Positions 22,282-33,114 of a DNA stretch of 64,000 nt are shown one piece after another (the first letter of the stretch is position 1; the number at the start of each line of letters is the position of its first letter). The translations under genes were made by a program, and so were the position numbers. Source of the stretch: Nitrospirota bacterium (GTDB lineage Bacteria > Nitrospirota > JACRHJ01); the NCBI GenBank assembly GCA_963845245.1, contig CAWJRJ010000030.1, positions 31,837-95,836 on the forward strand. The letters are read 5' to 3'. The notes beneath the pieces were generated by a model. The model had not been told where the DNA came from, ran no database searches, and saw nothing but the letters and a program-made list of their open reading frames with translations.

Positions 22282-23050
22282 GGGCCGCCTCTTTGCCCAG
22301 GTAGGCCTCTATCACCCTCGGGTCCTTCTGTATCTCGTCCGGGATGCCCTCTGCAATCTTGACTCCGTGGTCCAAGACGACCACCCGGTCTGATATACCC
22401 ATGACCACTTTCATGTCATGCTCGATAAGCAGGACTGCAATGCCTTTTTCGCGGATCGCGGTGATGAGTTTTATCAGCGACGCGCCCTCGCTGGGGTTCA
22501 TCCCGGCGGCTGGTTCATCGAGCAGCAGGACCTTTGGCTCGGCCGCAAGCGCACGCGCTATCTCAAGCCGCCTCTGGTGGCCATATGGGAGGTTCACCGC
22601 CCACTCTTCCTTGACTTCCCGCAGGCCGACAAAGCTCAGTATCTCGTCCGCCTTCTCGCGCATCATGCGTTCTTCTTCCTTCACGGCCTTGGACCTGAGA
22701 ACCGCGCCGACGACACCGGCCTTCGTCCTGCAATGGCGCCCGACTAGCACGTTCTCGAATGCGGTCATGCCACCGAACAGCCTGATGTTCTGGAAGGTGC
22801 GGGCCATGCCGAGCTTCGTGATGTCGTGCGGTGCTATGCCGGTGACGGTTTCACCGGAGAACACGACTTCACCGCTGGTGGGTACGGTCACTCCGGTTAT
22901 GCAGTTGAAAAGGGTGGTCTTGCCCGCGCCGTTCGGGCCTATCAGCCCGACGATCTCGGACTTCCCGACGCAGATGTGTATGTCTTCGAGTGCCCTTAGG
23001 CCGCCGAAGATCTTTGTGAGGCTGGTTACGGCTAGGAGGCAGTCGCTCAT
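22274..23050 (-). CDS. livG: Branched-chain amino acid ABC transporter ATP-binding protein
   Basis: GPNGAGKTT, RTFQNIRLF, LPYGHQRRLEIARAL, LDEPAAG and IEHDM. Confidence 0.93.
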
Positions 23051-23742
23051 TTCTCTATCGGCGGGTTGATCATAAAACTCTCAGGATCACCGGCATAATC
23101 CTTTATCGTCACCCTTCGACCAGACACATCAAGCCTGCCCTCGCAGAACAGCCTTACGGCCTCCGGGTATATCTGGTGCTCACGTTTCAGTATCCGCGTG
23201 GCGAGCGCGTCCTCGGTGTCGTCGGGCAATATCGGGACTACTGCCTGGATTATTATCGGCCCTGTATCCATGCCGCCGTCCACGAAATGCACTGTGCACC
23301 CAGAGAAGCGCGCACCGTGGTCGATGGCCTTCTTCTGCACATGCAGGCCAGGGAAGGACGGCAGGAGCGCCGGATGGATGTTTATCATCCTGTTCTCGTA
23401 TGCCTCTACGAGCACGATGCTCACGATCCTCATGTAGCCCGCGAGGAGGACGAGATTTACATTATGCTCGCGGAGCTTCTCAAGTACAGACGCATCATAG
23501 TCCTCGCGCCTTTTGTTTGGTTTGTGCTCAATAATTACGGCAGGTATATTGTGCTTCTTTGCGCGCTCAAGGGCATAGGCTTTTTTGTTGTCGCTGATGA
23601 CTACCGCGATTTCGGCCTTGATTTTTCCGGCCTCGACCGCGTCGATTATCGCCTGGAGGTTGGAGCCGCTCCCGGAGGCGAGCACGCCGATGCGTATCTT
23701 CTTCGAAGTCTTAGCCAACGTACTCGACCCCTTTGTCGCCAT
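23047..23742 (-). CDS. purN: Phosphoribosylglycinamide formyltransferase (true start may be TTG near 23718)
   Basis: [30 protein letters not shown] and GCTVHFVD. Confidence 0.96.
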   Translation of the reverse strand: MATKGSSTLAKTSKKIRIGVLASGSGSNLQAIIDAVEAGKIKAEIAVVISDNKKAYALERAKKHNIPAVIIEHKPNKRREDYDASVLEKLREHNVNLVLLAGYMRIVSIVLVEAYENRMINIHPALLPSFPGLHVQKKAIDHGARFSGCTVHFVDGGMDTGPIIIQAVVPILPDDTEDALATRILKREHQIYPEAVRLFCEGRLDVSGRRVTIKDYAGDPESFMINPPIEK

Positions 23743-24739
23743 TGATCACCTCTCCGATAACGGTGGCCTTTTCGCCGAAGCCTGTCGCGGCCTTAAGGAA
23801 CCTCTCACGGTCTTCGGCTGAGATTACGGCTATCATGCCTATCCCCATGTTGAAGTCGCGGAGCATCTCGGCTTCATCAATATTTGCCTTCTCCTGCATC
23901 AGCCTGAAGACCGGCAGGATGTCCCAGCTACCCTTTGTTATATTTGCGCGACAGCCATCCGGGAACACCCTCGGAAGGTTTTCTGTTATCCCTCCGCCCG
24001 TGATGTGGGCAAGGCCTTTTATCTTGAAATCTTTCAGAAGCCCTAGGACTGTCTTAACATAAATCCTTGTCGGAGTCAGAAGCTCGTCGGCAACAGTCTT
24101 GCCAAGCTCCGGGACGTTGTCGTTTATCTTAAGCCCCAGGGCCTCGAAGAACACCTTTCTCGCGAGGGAGTATCCGTTTGAATGGAGCCCTGACGACCCG
24201 AACCCGACCAGCACGTCGCCCGCCTTGATGGTGCTGCCGTCTATTATATCAGCCCTGTCAACCGCGCCCACGGCAAAGCCCGCAAGGTCGTATTCACCCG
24301 GCGGGTAGAAGCCTGGCATCTCCGCCGTCTCCCCGCCGATGAGCGCGCAGCCCGACTGCCTGCAGCCCTCCGCAATACCTGCGACCACTGCCGCCTGCCT
24401 GTCCGGGTCGAGCTTGCCGGTAGCAAAGTAATCCAGGAAGAAGAGCGGCTCCGCACCGGTAACAATAATGTCATTGACTGACATGGCGACCAGGTCGATG
24501 CCTACGGTGTCGTGCCTGTCGGCCATGAAGGCGACCTTAAGCTTCGTGCCCACGCCGTCCGTGCCCGAGACAAGCACCGGGTCCTTGTAGCTCCCCAGCT
24601 TGAACAGCCCGCCGAAGCCGCCTATGTCCGTTAGCACCTCCGGCCTGAAGGTACTCTTTACGAGCGGCTTTATCTTCTCCACAAACCTGTTCCCGGCATC
24701 GATGTCAACCCCGGCGGCCTTGTAAGTCATCTTATCCAT
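23711..24739 (-). CDS. purM: Phosphoribosylformylglycinamidine cyclo-ligase
   Basis: [40 protein letters not shown] and HITGGG. Confidence 0.97.
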   Translation of the reverse strand: MDKMTYKAAGVDIDAGNRFVEKIKPLVKSTFRPEVLTDIGGFGGLFKLGSYKDPVLVSGTDGVGTKLKVAFMADRHDTVGIDLVAMSVNDIIVTGAEPLFFLDYFATGKLDPDRQAAVVAGIAEGCRQSGCALIGGETAEMPGFYPPGEYDLAGFAVGAVDRADIIDGSTIKAGDVLVGFGSSGLHSNGYSLARKVFFEALGLKINDNVPELGKTVADELLTPTRIYVKTVLGLLKDFKIKGLAHITGGGITENLPRVFPDGCRANITKGSWDILPVFRLMQEKANIDEAEMLRDFNMGIGMIAVISAEDRERFLKAATGFGEKATVIGEVINGDKGVEYVG

Positions 24740-24769
24740 TTATATTTTTATTCTCCTGAATAATCAAAT

Positions 24770-25753
24770 TTATGCCGCAACCATGACAAGCCCGCCCGAT
24801 TGCACTGCTTCCGCAGGCCGTATCGTTATCTCTTTTTTCAAGGCCCTGAACTTTTCTATATTATAGCTTTTAATCCCTTTGTACACCGAAAGCTCCCTGG
24901 GGTTCACAAGGAACTCCACTTTTTCGGTGCGTGGTGCCCCTTCTATTGCCTCGGACATGCGCTCGAAGGCAATCTCAGACTCCACAAGATGCCCGAACGA
25001 AGGGTGATACGGCCCTGCAAGGACGGCCTCTTCAAGTTCCCTCGACGGCTGGAGGCCGAGCCTGATAACTTTTATCCCTGCGGCACGAAACATCTTCACT
25101 GCGGAAGCGCACTGTGTCACGGCATCCTCTAGCGAGAGCGGCTCGTATCCGCCGCGCCTCCAGAGCGCCTCAAGTGGCGCACCCTTCACCACAAGCGTAG
25201 GGTATATCCGCACGAACGCGGGTGCAGCTTCAATAACTCGCGTTACGGTGGAAATGAATTTATCTACATTGTCGCCCGGGAGCCCTGCCATAACCTGTAT
25301 GCCAAGCTCAAGCCCGCTCTCTTTGACAAGGGCGGCGGCACGTAGGGATTCTTCATAAGTATGTCCCCTGCCGGAGAGCCTGAGGACGTCCGCATCCAGC
25401 GACTGTACCCCAAGTTCCACCGTCTTTACACCATGAGACTTTATCAGACTCAAAATGTCTTCGTCAATATAGTCAGGCCTGGTCGATACCCTGATGCCAG
25501 ATACCTGTCCGTTTTTTATAAACGGCTCAACTGTATCAAGGTACTCCGTTTGCAGTTCCCTTGGAAGTCCTGTGAAGCTCCCACCATAGAAGGCAACTGT
25601 CACCCCGGACAAATCCCTGCCCAGATGCTGCGCAAGGTAATCTTTCACTTCAGCAGGAGATGGAGGCGTCTCGTTCCCGGTTATCCTGTTCTGGTTGCAG
25701 AAGGCGCACTGGTGAGGGCAACCCTGATGGGAAATGAATACTGGGATTATCAC
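24770..25753 (-). CDS. Radical SAM protein (Elp3/YhcC-like, lacks the acetyltransferase domain)
   Basis: CPHQCAFC (CxxxCxxC), AFYGGSFT, STRPD, ELGVQS, RIYPTLV and GPYHP; 4-nt overlap with rnc. Confidence 0.88.
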   Translation of the reverse strand: MIIPVFISHQGCPHQCAFCNQNRITGNETPPSPAEVKDYLAQHLGRDLSGVTVAFYGGSFTGLPRELQTEYLDTVEPFIKNGQVSGIRVSTRPDYIDEDILSLIKSHGVKTVELGVQSLDADVLRLSGRGHTYEESLRAAALVKESGLELGIQVMAGLPGDNVDKFISTVTRVIEAAPAFVRIYPTLVVKGAPLEALWRRGGYEPLSLEDAVTQCASAVKMFRAAGIKVIRLGLQPSRELEEAVLAGPYHPSFGHLVESEIAFERMSEAIEGAPRTEKVEFLVNPRELSVYKGIKSYNIEKFRALKKEITIRPAEAVQSGGLVMVAA

Positions 25754-26460
25754 TGAGCCTCGCCCATCTGCCTCAGAGTCTCAAGCGCCACGCCTGCGGC
25801 CTTCTGTTCAGCTTCCTTCTTGCTCCTCCCAAGCCCGCGCCCAAGAGCGCGCCCATCAGCCTCTATAGTCACCTCAAAGACCTTCTGGTGGTCAGGGCCA
25901 GTTTCACCTACAACAGTGTACCTTGGGAGAGAGCCGAACCGGCTCTGGCATTCCTCCTGGAGTTCGGTCTTGTAGTCGTACACATGGGATGTCGAGACCA
26001 TGGCTTTAATCTCTTTCTCGAACCTGCCGATCAACATCCTGTAGGACTCTTCCAGCCCGCCGTCCAGGTATATTGCAGCAGTCACAGCCTCGAATGCGTT
26101 CGCAAGTAATGAGCTTTTGTCGCGTCCTCCGGTCTGTTCCTCGCCCTTCCCGAGCAGCAGGTACGAGCCGAGGTCAAGCTCCCTCGCAGTGCGGGCAAGA
26201 CTTATCTCGCTTACGATAACGGCCCTGAGCTTGGAAAGCTCGCCTTCAGGCCTCTCAGGGCATATCTTCATCAGGTAATCGCTGATTATAAAGTCGAGGA
26301 CTGTGTCGCCGAGGAACTCGAGACGCTCATTGTGGCCTAGGCTCCCAAGCCGGTTTTCGTTCGCGTACGATTTGTGGGTCAGGGCCTGGAGGAGGATAGT
26401 CTTTTTTGTGAAGGTGTATGCGAGCTTTTTTTCAAGTTCTTTGACTTTTTCATCAAGCAT
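25750..26460 (-). CDS. rnc: Ribonuclease III
   Basis: ALTHKS, NERLEFLGD signature, and dsRBD DYKTELQE...GPDH...SKKEAEQ. Confidence 0.97.
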   Translation of the reverse strand: MLDEKVKELEKKLAYTFTKKTILLQALTHKSYANENRLGSLGHNERLEFLGDTVLDFIISDYLMKICPERPEGELSKLRAVIVSEISLARTARELDLGSYLLLGKGEEQTGGRDKSSLLANAFEAVTAAIYLDGGLEESYRMLIGRFEKEIKAMVSTSHVYDYKTELQEECQSRFGSLPRYTVVGETGPDHQKVFEVTIEADGRALGRGLGRSKKEAEQKAAGVALETLRQMGEAQ

Positions 26461-26472
26461 CGCAATTTGAAT

Positions 26473-27717
26473 TTATCCTGTGAATTTTTTAAATAACAGG
26501 CAACCGTTGGTCCCGCCGAAGCCAAACGAGTTTGACATCACCATGTTGACCTTGACATCTCTTGCCGTGTTCGGTACGTAGTCGAGGTCGCATTCCGGGT
26601 CCGGTTTTTCGTAATTTATCGTGGGCGGTACCTTGCCGTTTAAAATAGACATTACTGAAACGACGGCCTCTACACCTCCGGCGGCGCCCAACAGATGGCC
26701 GGTCATCGACTTTGTCGAGCTGACTGGAATCTTGTAGGCATGCGCGCCTAAGACTTTCTTTATGGCCATAGTCTCATACTCGTCGTTGAACGTGGTGGAG
26801 GTACCGTGCGCATTGATGTAATCGACTTCTTCCGGCGCAACACCGCCATCGTTTAGCGCCATCTTAATGCACCTTGCCGCACCCTCGCCGTTAGGGGCAG
26901 GTGTGGACAGGTGGTATGCGTCTCCGGACAGGCCATAGCCACCTATCTCGGCCAGTATGTTCGCTCCACGCTTTTTTGCGAATTCCAACTCTTCCAGGAC
27001 CATGACGCCGGACCCTTCACCCATGATGAAGCCGTCGCGGTCGAGGTCAAACGGACGGCTCGCCCTTTCAGGCTCGTCGTTACGCGTTGAAAGGGCCTTC
27101 ATGGCATTGAACCCGCCTATGCCCATGCGGGTTATGCAGGCTTCCGTACCGCCGGCAATCATGACGTCGGCATCGTCGCGTTGGATTATCTTGTAAGCGT
27201 CGCCCAGGTTATGTGTGCCAGTGGCGCATGCAGTCACCACAGCCGAGTTAGGGCCCTTCGCTCCATACATTATTGATATCTGTCCAGATGCAAGGTTTAT
27301 TATAAGCATCGGGATGAAAAACGGCGTGATTTTCTTTGGTCCGCGGTTTAGCATTATCTCGTGGTGCTTCTCCAGCGCAATGAGGCCGCCCATGCCGGAG
27401 CCGACCATGACGCCGACCCTTTCCGCGTTATCTTCCGTCACCTGAAGTCCAGACTGTTCCATCGCCATCTTCGCAGCCGCGACCGCGAAATGGATGAACC
27501 GGTCCATCTTCTTTATTTCCTTCGCCTCGATATAGTTGGCCGGGTCAAACCCCTTAACTTCGGCCGCGATCTTGGTGGTGAACTCGGTTGGATCAAACTG
27601 TGTTATCGGGCCGACCCCGCTTTTGCCCTCAAGCATAGCCTGCCAGGTCACATCTACCCCGATGCCGAGGGGTGTGACTGCGCCCATCCCGGTAATGACA
27701 ACCCTTCTCTTTGACAA
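26473..27717 (-). CDS. fabF: 3-oxoacyl-ACP synthase II
   Basis: [15 protein letters not shown] (catalytic Cys), [19 protein letters not shown] and SNSFGFGG; likely TTG start at 27717 with GGAGG RBS. Confidence 0.97.
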   Translation of the reverse strand: MSKRRVVITGMGAVTPLGIGVDVTWQAMLEGKSGVGPITQFDPTEFTTKIAAEVKGFDPANYIEAKEIKKMDRFIHFAVAAAKMAMEQSGLQVTEDNAERVGVMVGSGMGGLIALEKHHEIMLNRGPKKITPFFIPMLIINLASGQISIMYGAKGPNSAVVTACATGTHNLGDAYKIIQRDDADVMIAGGTEACITRMGIGGFNAMKALSTRNDEPERASRPFDLDRDGFIMGEGSGVMVLEELEFAKKRGANILAEIGGYGLSGDAYHLSTPAPNGEGAARCIKMALNDGGVAPEEVDYINAHGTSTTFNDEYETMAIKKVLGAHAYKIPVSSTKSMTGHLLGAAGGVEAVVSVMSILNGKVPPTINYEKPDPECDLDYVPNTARDVKVNMVMSNSFGFGGTNGCLLFKKFTG

Positions 27718-27741
27718 ACGAAACCTCCGTGCTACAAACAA

Positions 27742-27760
27742 GGGGCCTGAACAAGGCCCC
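27742..27760 (-). terminator. Hairpin between acpP and fabF
   Basis: GGGGCCT-GAACA-AGGCCCC inverted repeat. Confidence 0.5.
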
Positions 27761-27789
27761 CGGATACTCGTGCGTATTGCGTTACTGTT

Positions 27790-28020
27790 TTATACCTGTC
27801 CGGCTATATAATCAATCGCGTTCTGGACGGTCGCTATCTTCTCGGCGTCCTCCTCCGGGATCTCGATGCCGAACTCTTCCTCGAAGGCCATTATGAGCTC
27901 AACGGTATCAAGGGAGTCTGCGCCGAGGTCTTCGATGAAAGAAGCCTCGGAAGTAACCTCGTCCTCCTCCACACCCAGCTGCTCCGCTATTATTTTCTTT
28001 ACTTTGACATCAACAGACAT
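27790..28020 (-). CDS. acpP: Acyl carrier protein
   Basis: [12 protein letters not shown] phosphopantetheine motif; acidic 76 aa protein. Confidence 0.98.
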   Translation of the reverse strand: MSVDVKVKKIIAEQLGVEEDEVTSEASFIEDLGADSLDTVELIMAFEEEFGIEIPEEDAEKIATVQNAIDYIAGQV

Positions 28021-28070
28021 TTTATACACCTCCGATAGATTTTATTGACTTTTATTTCGTGATATTCGTA

Positions 28071-28811
28071 CTACATGTACATCCCGCCATTAACGTGCAG
28101 GACCTGACCGGTAATGTATGACGCCCCGTCCGACGCCAGGAACTTCACGGCGCCTGCAATGTCTTCGGAAGTCCCAAGACGGCTCAGTGGGATCTGCTTC
28201 ATCAGATCATCCCTTACTTTCTCAGGCAGAGCCTGGGTCATCGCTGTATCGATGAAACCGGGGGCCACTGCGTTCGAAGTTATATTCCTGGAGGCGTACT
28301 CACGGGCTATCGTTTTGGTAAGACCTATGAGGCCCGCCTTTGAGGCCACATAGTTGGCTTGTCCCGCATTGCCCATCGCGCCCACTATGGATGCTATGTT
28401 TATGATCCTGCCCGTACGCGCCTTGGACATGTGCTTCAAGGCGGCCTTGGCGCAGTTAAACGATCCCTTGAGGTTGACGTCTAAGACAAGGTCCCAGTCT
28501 TCCTCTTTCATGCGCATTATAAGGTTGTCACGGGTAATGCCTGCGTTGTTCACAAGTATGTCGATTTTGCCCAGTTTGGCGACGGCCTCGTCCACCATTG
28601 CGACCGCTGAAGCCCCGTCGGCGACGTTTCCGCCTATGGCGAATGACTTCACCCCGAGTGCAGCAATCTCCAGTGCCGTCTCGTTGGCTTTCTCAAGGTT
28701 GACGTCCGATACGGCGACATCAGCCCCAGCCTTTGCGAGGGCCAGGGCAATCGCTTTGCCTATCCCCTGGGCTCCGCCGGTGACCAGCGCTGTCTTTCCG
28801 TTCAAGTGCAT
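28071..28811 (-). CDS. fabG: 3-oxoacyl-ACP reductase
   Basis: [23 protein letters not shown] and NAVAPGFI; fab context. Confidence 0.96.
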   Translation of the reverse strand: MHLNGKTALVTGGAQGIGKAIALALAKAGADVAVSDVNLEKANETALEIAALGVKSFAIGGNVADGASAVAMVDEAVAKLGKIDILVNNAGITRDNLIMRMKEEDWDLVLDVNLKGSFNCAKAALKHMSKARTGRIINIASIVGAMGNAGQANYVASKAGLIGLTKTIAREYASRNITSNAVAPGFIDTAMTQALPEKVRDDLMKQIPLSRLGTSEDIAGAVKFLASDGASYITGQVLHVNGGMYM

Positions 28812-28830
28812 CGTTCCTCCAGTGCAGACG

Positions 28831-28858
28831 ATTATAAAAATCCAGGCTCAAATGTCAA
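28831..28858 (-). promoter_or_regulatory. Internal sigma70 promoter for fabG-acpP-fabF-rnc
   Basis: Minus strand TTGACA-16 nt-TATAAT (consensus hexamers) just upstream of fabG. Confidence 0.65.
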
Positions 28859-28886
28859 GCTAAATCGTACCTGTTTGCTTAAGTAT

Positions 28887-29846
28887 CTATTTTTTCGGAG
28901 AAAATTTACAACCCATGCTAAGGTAGTCCAGGGTGTTGTTCAGAGAGGTCTCATCCTCAACGTTTCTTATCTCGACTCCCTTTGTGATCCTCTTCACAAG
29001 CCCGGAAAGCACCTTGCCGGGGCCGGCCTCTACAACTACCCGCGCTCCCTCATTCACAAGGGAGTTAACGCACGCCTCCCATAGAAGCGGTGAGGTAAGC
29101 TGTTTGACAAGTGCGGCCCTGATATCCGCCGCCTTGTTTATAAACGTGCCTTCGGCATTTGCCGCAAGCGGCACATCGAGGTCCTTTATTTCGATGGCAT
29201 CGAGGTCTGCCTTGAGCCTGTCAGCCGCAGGCTGCATCAGGGCGCAGTGCGAAGGCACGCTGACAGCCAGAGGGATGACTTTTTTTGCCCCCATCGCCTG
29301 GCAGAGTTCAGAGGCCTTTTCAACCGCAGCCTTCTCTCCGGCTATGACTACCTGCCCCGGTGAGTTGTAATTGGCTGGTGCTACCACTCCAAGACTCGAA
29401 GCCTCAGTACATGCCTGCCTTATCTTTTCCGGCTCAAGCCCCAGTACGGCTGCCATCAGCCCCCTGCCCTCAGCAACTGCCTCCTGCATGTACCTGCCGC
29501 GCCTCTTTGCGAGCGATACAGCCTGAGATACAGTAAGACCGCCCGCAGCCGCGACTGCTGTAAGTTCACCGAGGCTGTGCCCCGCAACGGTGCCTGGGTT
29601 CACATGCATGGCCTTCAATACGGCGACAACCGCAAGGCTGGTGGTAAGTATTGCCGGCTGTGTATTCTCGGTGCGGTTAAGCTCGGACTCGGGGCCTTCG
29701 AAGCAGAGCCTTGCCATGTCCACCCCGGCAGCCTCGGAAGCCTCGGCAAATACCGCCCTGGCCTCATCGAAGCCGTCATGGAGCGACTTTCCCATCCCGA
29801 CGTACTGCGAGCCCTGACCGGGGAATATGAAAGCTATATCTCCCAT
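28887..29846 (-). CDS. fabD: Malonyl-CoA:ACP transacylase
   Basis: FPGQGSQ, TQPAI, GHSLGE (catalytic Ser), ANYNSPGQ and VSVPSH. Confidence 0.96.
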   Translation of the reverse strand: MGDIAFIFPGQGSQYVGMGKSLHDGFDEARAVFAEASEAAGVDMARLCFEGPESELNRTENTQPAILTTSLAVVAVLKAMHVNPGTVAGHSLGELTAVAAAGGLTVSQAVSLAKRRGRYMQEAVAEGRGLMAAVLGLEPEKIRQACTEASSLGVVAPANYNSPGQVVIAGEKAAVEKASELCQAMGAKKVIPLAVSVPSHCALMQPAADRLKADLDAIEIKDLDVPLAANAEGTFINKAADIRAALVKQLTSPLLWEACVNSLVNEGARVVVEAGPGKVLSGLVKRITKGVEIRNVEDETSLNNTLDYLSMGCKFSPKK

Positions 29847-29847
29847 A

Positions 29848-31041
29848 TCAGCCCCTCGCCTGCTTTACCTTCTGGATGAGCATCGGGATTATCTCAAAGA
29901 CATCGCCGACTATGCCGTAGTCTGCCACACTGAAAATGGGCGCATCCTTGTCTTTATTGATAGCTATTATAACATCCGACGACTGCATACCGGCAAGGTG
30001 CTGTATGGCGCCTGATATGCCGCAAGCAAAATATATCCTCGGGCTCACGGTCCTTCCGGTCTGGCCTATCTGGTGCGGATATGGAAGCCATCCCGCATCG
30101 ACTGCCGCACGGCTTGCCCCAAGAACACCGCCGAGAGCGTCGGCAAGCTCCTTGAGAAGCGCGAACCCCTTCTCGTTGCCCATGCCCCTGCCGCCTGCGA
30201 CTATGACTTCCGCTTCGGATATGTTTATCTTGTGCCCGGCCTCTTCAATAACCTCGACCAACCTTGTCTTCGAGGTCATGGGCGACGCCGGCCCTGACTT
30301 TATAATTTCGCCGTTCCTTGACTGGTCCGCTGCGAGCCTCTTCATGACACCCGGCCTTACAGTTGCCATCTGCGGGCGATACCCGGGACACACGATCGTG
30401 GCCATTATGTTGCCGCCGAATGCCGGTCTTGTCTGGAGGAGGTTCCGCTTCTCCAGGTCGACTCCGAGCATGGTGCAATCGGCCGTAAGCCCAGTGCGTA
30501 CCCTGGTCGCTACAAGAGGCACGAATGCGCGTCCGATGGACGTTGCGCCTGCAAGGATTATTTCCGGTTTATGTTTATTGACAAGATCCGACAGGGCATC
30601 CGCATAAGCGTCTTCGTGAAACTCGTTTAAGAGGGCGTCCTCGTAGAGGTAGACCTTGTCGGCGCCGGCCGCAATAAGGGCTTTGGCCTCGCCGTCAAGA
30701 CCCGTGCCCATAAGGACGGCGGCAAGCTCGGTCTCAAGCGCGTCGGCAAGACGCCTGCCCTCGCCAAGCAGCTCATAGGCCACCGGCACGACCTTACCAT
30801 TTCTCTGCTCCGCAAAGACCCACAACCCTTTATATGCCGTGAGGTCCACTGCATGGGCGGATTTAGGCTCCTCGGTCATCTCTATCGCGTATACCGGGCA
30901 GGTCTCGACGCATGTGCCGCAGAGGGTGCACTTCTCGGTGATGACGGCTACGTCGTCCTTCATCTCTATCGCCCCGAAGGGGCATTCGTTTACACAGGTC
31001 TCGCAACCGGTGCAAAGGTCTACTTTGACGATTATCCCCAT
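29848..31041 (-). CDS. etfA: Electron transfer flavoprotein alpha subunit with N-terminal 2x[4Fe-4S] ferredoxin domain
   Basis: CTGCETCVNECP and CTLCGTCVETCP; TGLTADCT, RPAFGGN, GASRAAVDAGW, QIGQTG and GISGAIQH. Confidence 0.95.
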   Translation of the reverse strand: MGIIVKVDLCTGCETCVNECPFGAIEMKDDVAVITEKCTLCGTCVETCPVYAIEMTEEPKSAHAVDLTAYKGLWVFAEQRNGKVVPVAYELLGEGRRLADALETELAAVLMGTGLDGEAKALIAAGADKVYLYEDALLNEFHEDAYADALSDLVNKHKPEIILAGATSIGRAFVPLVATRVRTGLTADCTMLGVDLEKRNLLQTRPAFGGNIMATIVCPGYRPQMATVRPGVMKRLAADQSRNGEIIKSGPASPMTSKTRLVEVIEEAGHKINISEAEVIVAGGRGMGNEKGFALLKELADALGGVLGASRAAVDAGWLPYPHQIGQTGRTVSPRIYFACGISGAIQHLAGMQSSDVIIAINKDKDAPIFSVADYGIVGDVFEIIPMLIQKVKQARG

Positions 31042-31826
31042 CAGACCACCTTCAGTTCCGTAAGCCGCTCGATGAGCCTGTCAACCTGCTCGTTCGGCGC
31101 GCCTTCGATAATCTCCCGCTTTCCCTTGGGTGGAGGCGTAAAGACCTTCATGACCTTCGTGGGAGAGCCGGCAAGGCCAATATTATCTGCTATGGCTCCA
31201 AGCTCTTCAGCGCTCAACGGGTTTATAACAATCCCCTTTGCCTTCATCTTGCCTTTGAGCGACGGCATCCTGGGGGTATTGATCTCCTTAACGACGGTTA
31301 TGACTGCCGGGAGGCTTACTTCTACTATCTCATATCCGTCCTCTATAAGCCTCTCCACCTTCATCCTGCCGTCTGCGACCTCGATAACCTTCCTGACGTA
31401 GGCTACGAACGGGATACCCAGGTTCTCGGCCACTCCCGGCCCGACCTGCGCAGTATCGCCGTCGATGGCCTGCTTCCCGCAGATGACCAGGTCGATGCCT
31501 TCGACCCTTTTGAGTCCAAGCCCAAGGGTATAAGACGTGGCCCAGGTGTCGGCACCTGCGAACGCACGGTCTGAAAGGAGCATGACGTCGTCCACACCCA
31601 TCGCCACGACATGCCTGAGCACTTCGGCAGCCTGGGGCGGACCCATCGTGACCGCTGTCACCTTGCCGCCGTTTTTCTCTTTGAGGCTGACCGCCTCTTC
31701 CACGGCATAGGCATCGAACGGGTTCAGGATGGACGGCACGCCTTCGCGCCTCATCGTCCCAGTCTCAGGGTCTATCTTGACCTCGGATGTATCCGGCACC
31801 TGCTTGACACAAACTGCTATGTTCAT
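31041..31826 (-). CDS. etfB: Electron transfer flavoprotein beta subunit
   Basis: VCVKQVPD, NPFDAYAVEEA, DRAFAGADTWATS and GKQAIDGDTAQVGP; ATG at 31826 with AAGGA RBS. Confidence 0.95.
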   Translation of the reverse strand: MNIAVCVKQVPDTSEVKIDPETGTMRREGVPSILNPFDAYAVEEAVSLKEKNGGKVTAVTMGPPQAAEVLRHVVAMGVDDVMLLSDRAFAGADTWATSYTLGLGLKRVEGIDLVICGKQAIDGDTAQVGPGVAENLGIPFVAYVRKVIEVADGRMKVERLIEDGYEIVEVSLPAVITVVKEINTPRMPSLKGKMKAKGIVINPLSAEELGAIADNIGLAGSPTKVMKVFTPPPKGKREIIEGAPNEQVDRLIERLTELKVV

Positions 31827-31836
31827 AATAGTCCTT

Positions 31837-31862
31837 GTTACTTCCTTTGGAGAGAAAGTAAC
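31837..31862 (-). repeat. Intergenic hairpin (REP-like GTTACTT...AAGTAAC) abutting the etfB RBS
   Basis: mRNA sense GTTACTTTCT-CTCCAA-AGGAAGTAAC forms a 10-bp stem with one G-U pair. Confidence 0.45.
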
Positions 31863-31917
31863 CAAAGAGAAACCGATTTTATTGGCACCGATGTCGGCTC
31901 TTACAAAGAAAGTACGT

Positions 31918-33078
31918 TTATTTTCTCTTTGAAGCCGCTTCCTTGATAAGGGCAGCGCCTATGACGTTCCTCTGTATCTGGTTCGTGCCTTCGTATATCT
32001 GAAGTATCTTTGCGTCACGCATCATCTTCTCAGCCGGGTACTCGCGCATGTAGCCGTATCCGCCCATTATCTGGACTGCATCTACGGTGACTTTCATCGC
32101 GACGTCAGACGCAAAGAGCTTGGACATGGCCGAGGCCATCGATACGTCCTTGGGGTCGGAATCGATGAACCTCGCGACGGCATATACCAGGGCCCTTGCA
32201 GCCTCGGTCTGGGTAGACATGTCGGCCAGCATGTGCTGGATGGCCTGGAAAGAGATAATAGGGGCGTCGAACTGACGCCTCTCGCGGGCGTAGGCTATCG
32301 ATTCGTCTATAGCGCCCTGGGCCAGGCCGACCGCCTGCGCGCCTATGCCTGGGCGTGACTTGTCGAGCGTCTTCATGGCCACCAGGAAACCCATGCCTTC
32401 CTTGCCAAGGAGGTTTTCCTTCGGTATGCGGCAGTTCTCGAAAACAAGCTCACGCGTAGCCGAGGAACGGATACCCATCTTGTTTTCCTTCTTGCCGAAG
32501 GAGAAGCCCGGAGTCCCCTTCTCCACTATGAACGCGGAAGCGCCGCGGGTTCCCTTTGAAGGGTTGGTCATGGCTATGACCGTATATATCTCGGCCTCAC
32601 CGCCGTTTGTGATCCACTGCTTTGTGCCGTTGAGCACGTATTCGTTTCCGTCAAGGACTGCGGTGGTCCTGGTGCCTGCCGCATCACTTCCAGCACCGGC
32701 CTCTGTCAGGCCGAACGCGGCAAGCCTTTCACCGGAGGCGATCTGGGTAAGGTATTTCTTTTTCTGGTCCTCGTTTCCGAAAAGCAGGATGGGGTATGCA
32801 CCCAGGCCGCTTGCGGCAAAGCTTACCGAGACGCCGATGCAGGCCTTTGACAGTTCCTCGACTGCAATGCAGTTCTCGAACGACCCGCCGCCGAACCCGC
32901 CGTACTCCTGGGGGATATAGAGACCGAAGAGGTCGGCCTGGGCGAGGACCTTCATTATCTCCCAGGGAAACTCCTCTTTCTCGTCCAGCTCGGCCCTTAC
33001 GGGCTTCACCTTCTCCTCAGCTATCTGGCGTGCAAGGTTCCTGATTTCCTGCTGTTCTTCCGTCAGAAAATAGTCCAT
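31918..33078 (-). CDS. Acyl-CoA dehydrogenase family protein (Bcd/CarC-like)
   Basis: FGLTEAGAGSD, KQWITNG, KMGIR.S.T, RRQF, QIMGGYGY and IYEGTNQIQR (catalytic Glu). Confidence 0.95.
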   Translation of the reverse strand: MDYFLTEEQQEIRNLARQIAEEKVKPVRAELDEKEEFPWEIMKVLAQADLFGLYIPQEYGGFGGGSFENCIAVEELSKACIGVSVSFAASGLGAYPILLFGNEDQKKKYLTQIASGERLAAFGLTEAGAGSDAAGTRTTAVLDGNEYVLNGTKQWITNGGEAEIYTVIAMTNPSKGTRGASAFIVEKGTPGFSFGKKENKMGIRSSATRELVFENCRIPKENLLGKEGMGFLVAMKTLDKSRPGIGAQAVGLAQGAIDESIAYARERRQFDAPIISFQAIQHMLADMSTQTEAARALVYAVARFIDSDPKDVSMASAMSKLFASDVAMKVTVDAVQIMGGYGYMREYPAEKMMRDAKILQIYEGTNQIQRNVIGAALIKEAASKRK

Positions 33079-33114
33079 CTTCCCCCACTCCTGAATTATG
33101 ATTTTATTAAAACT

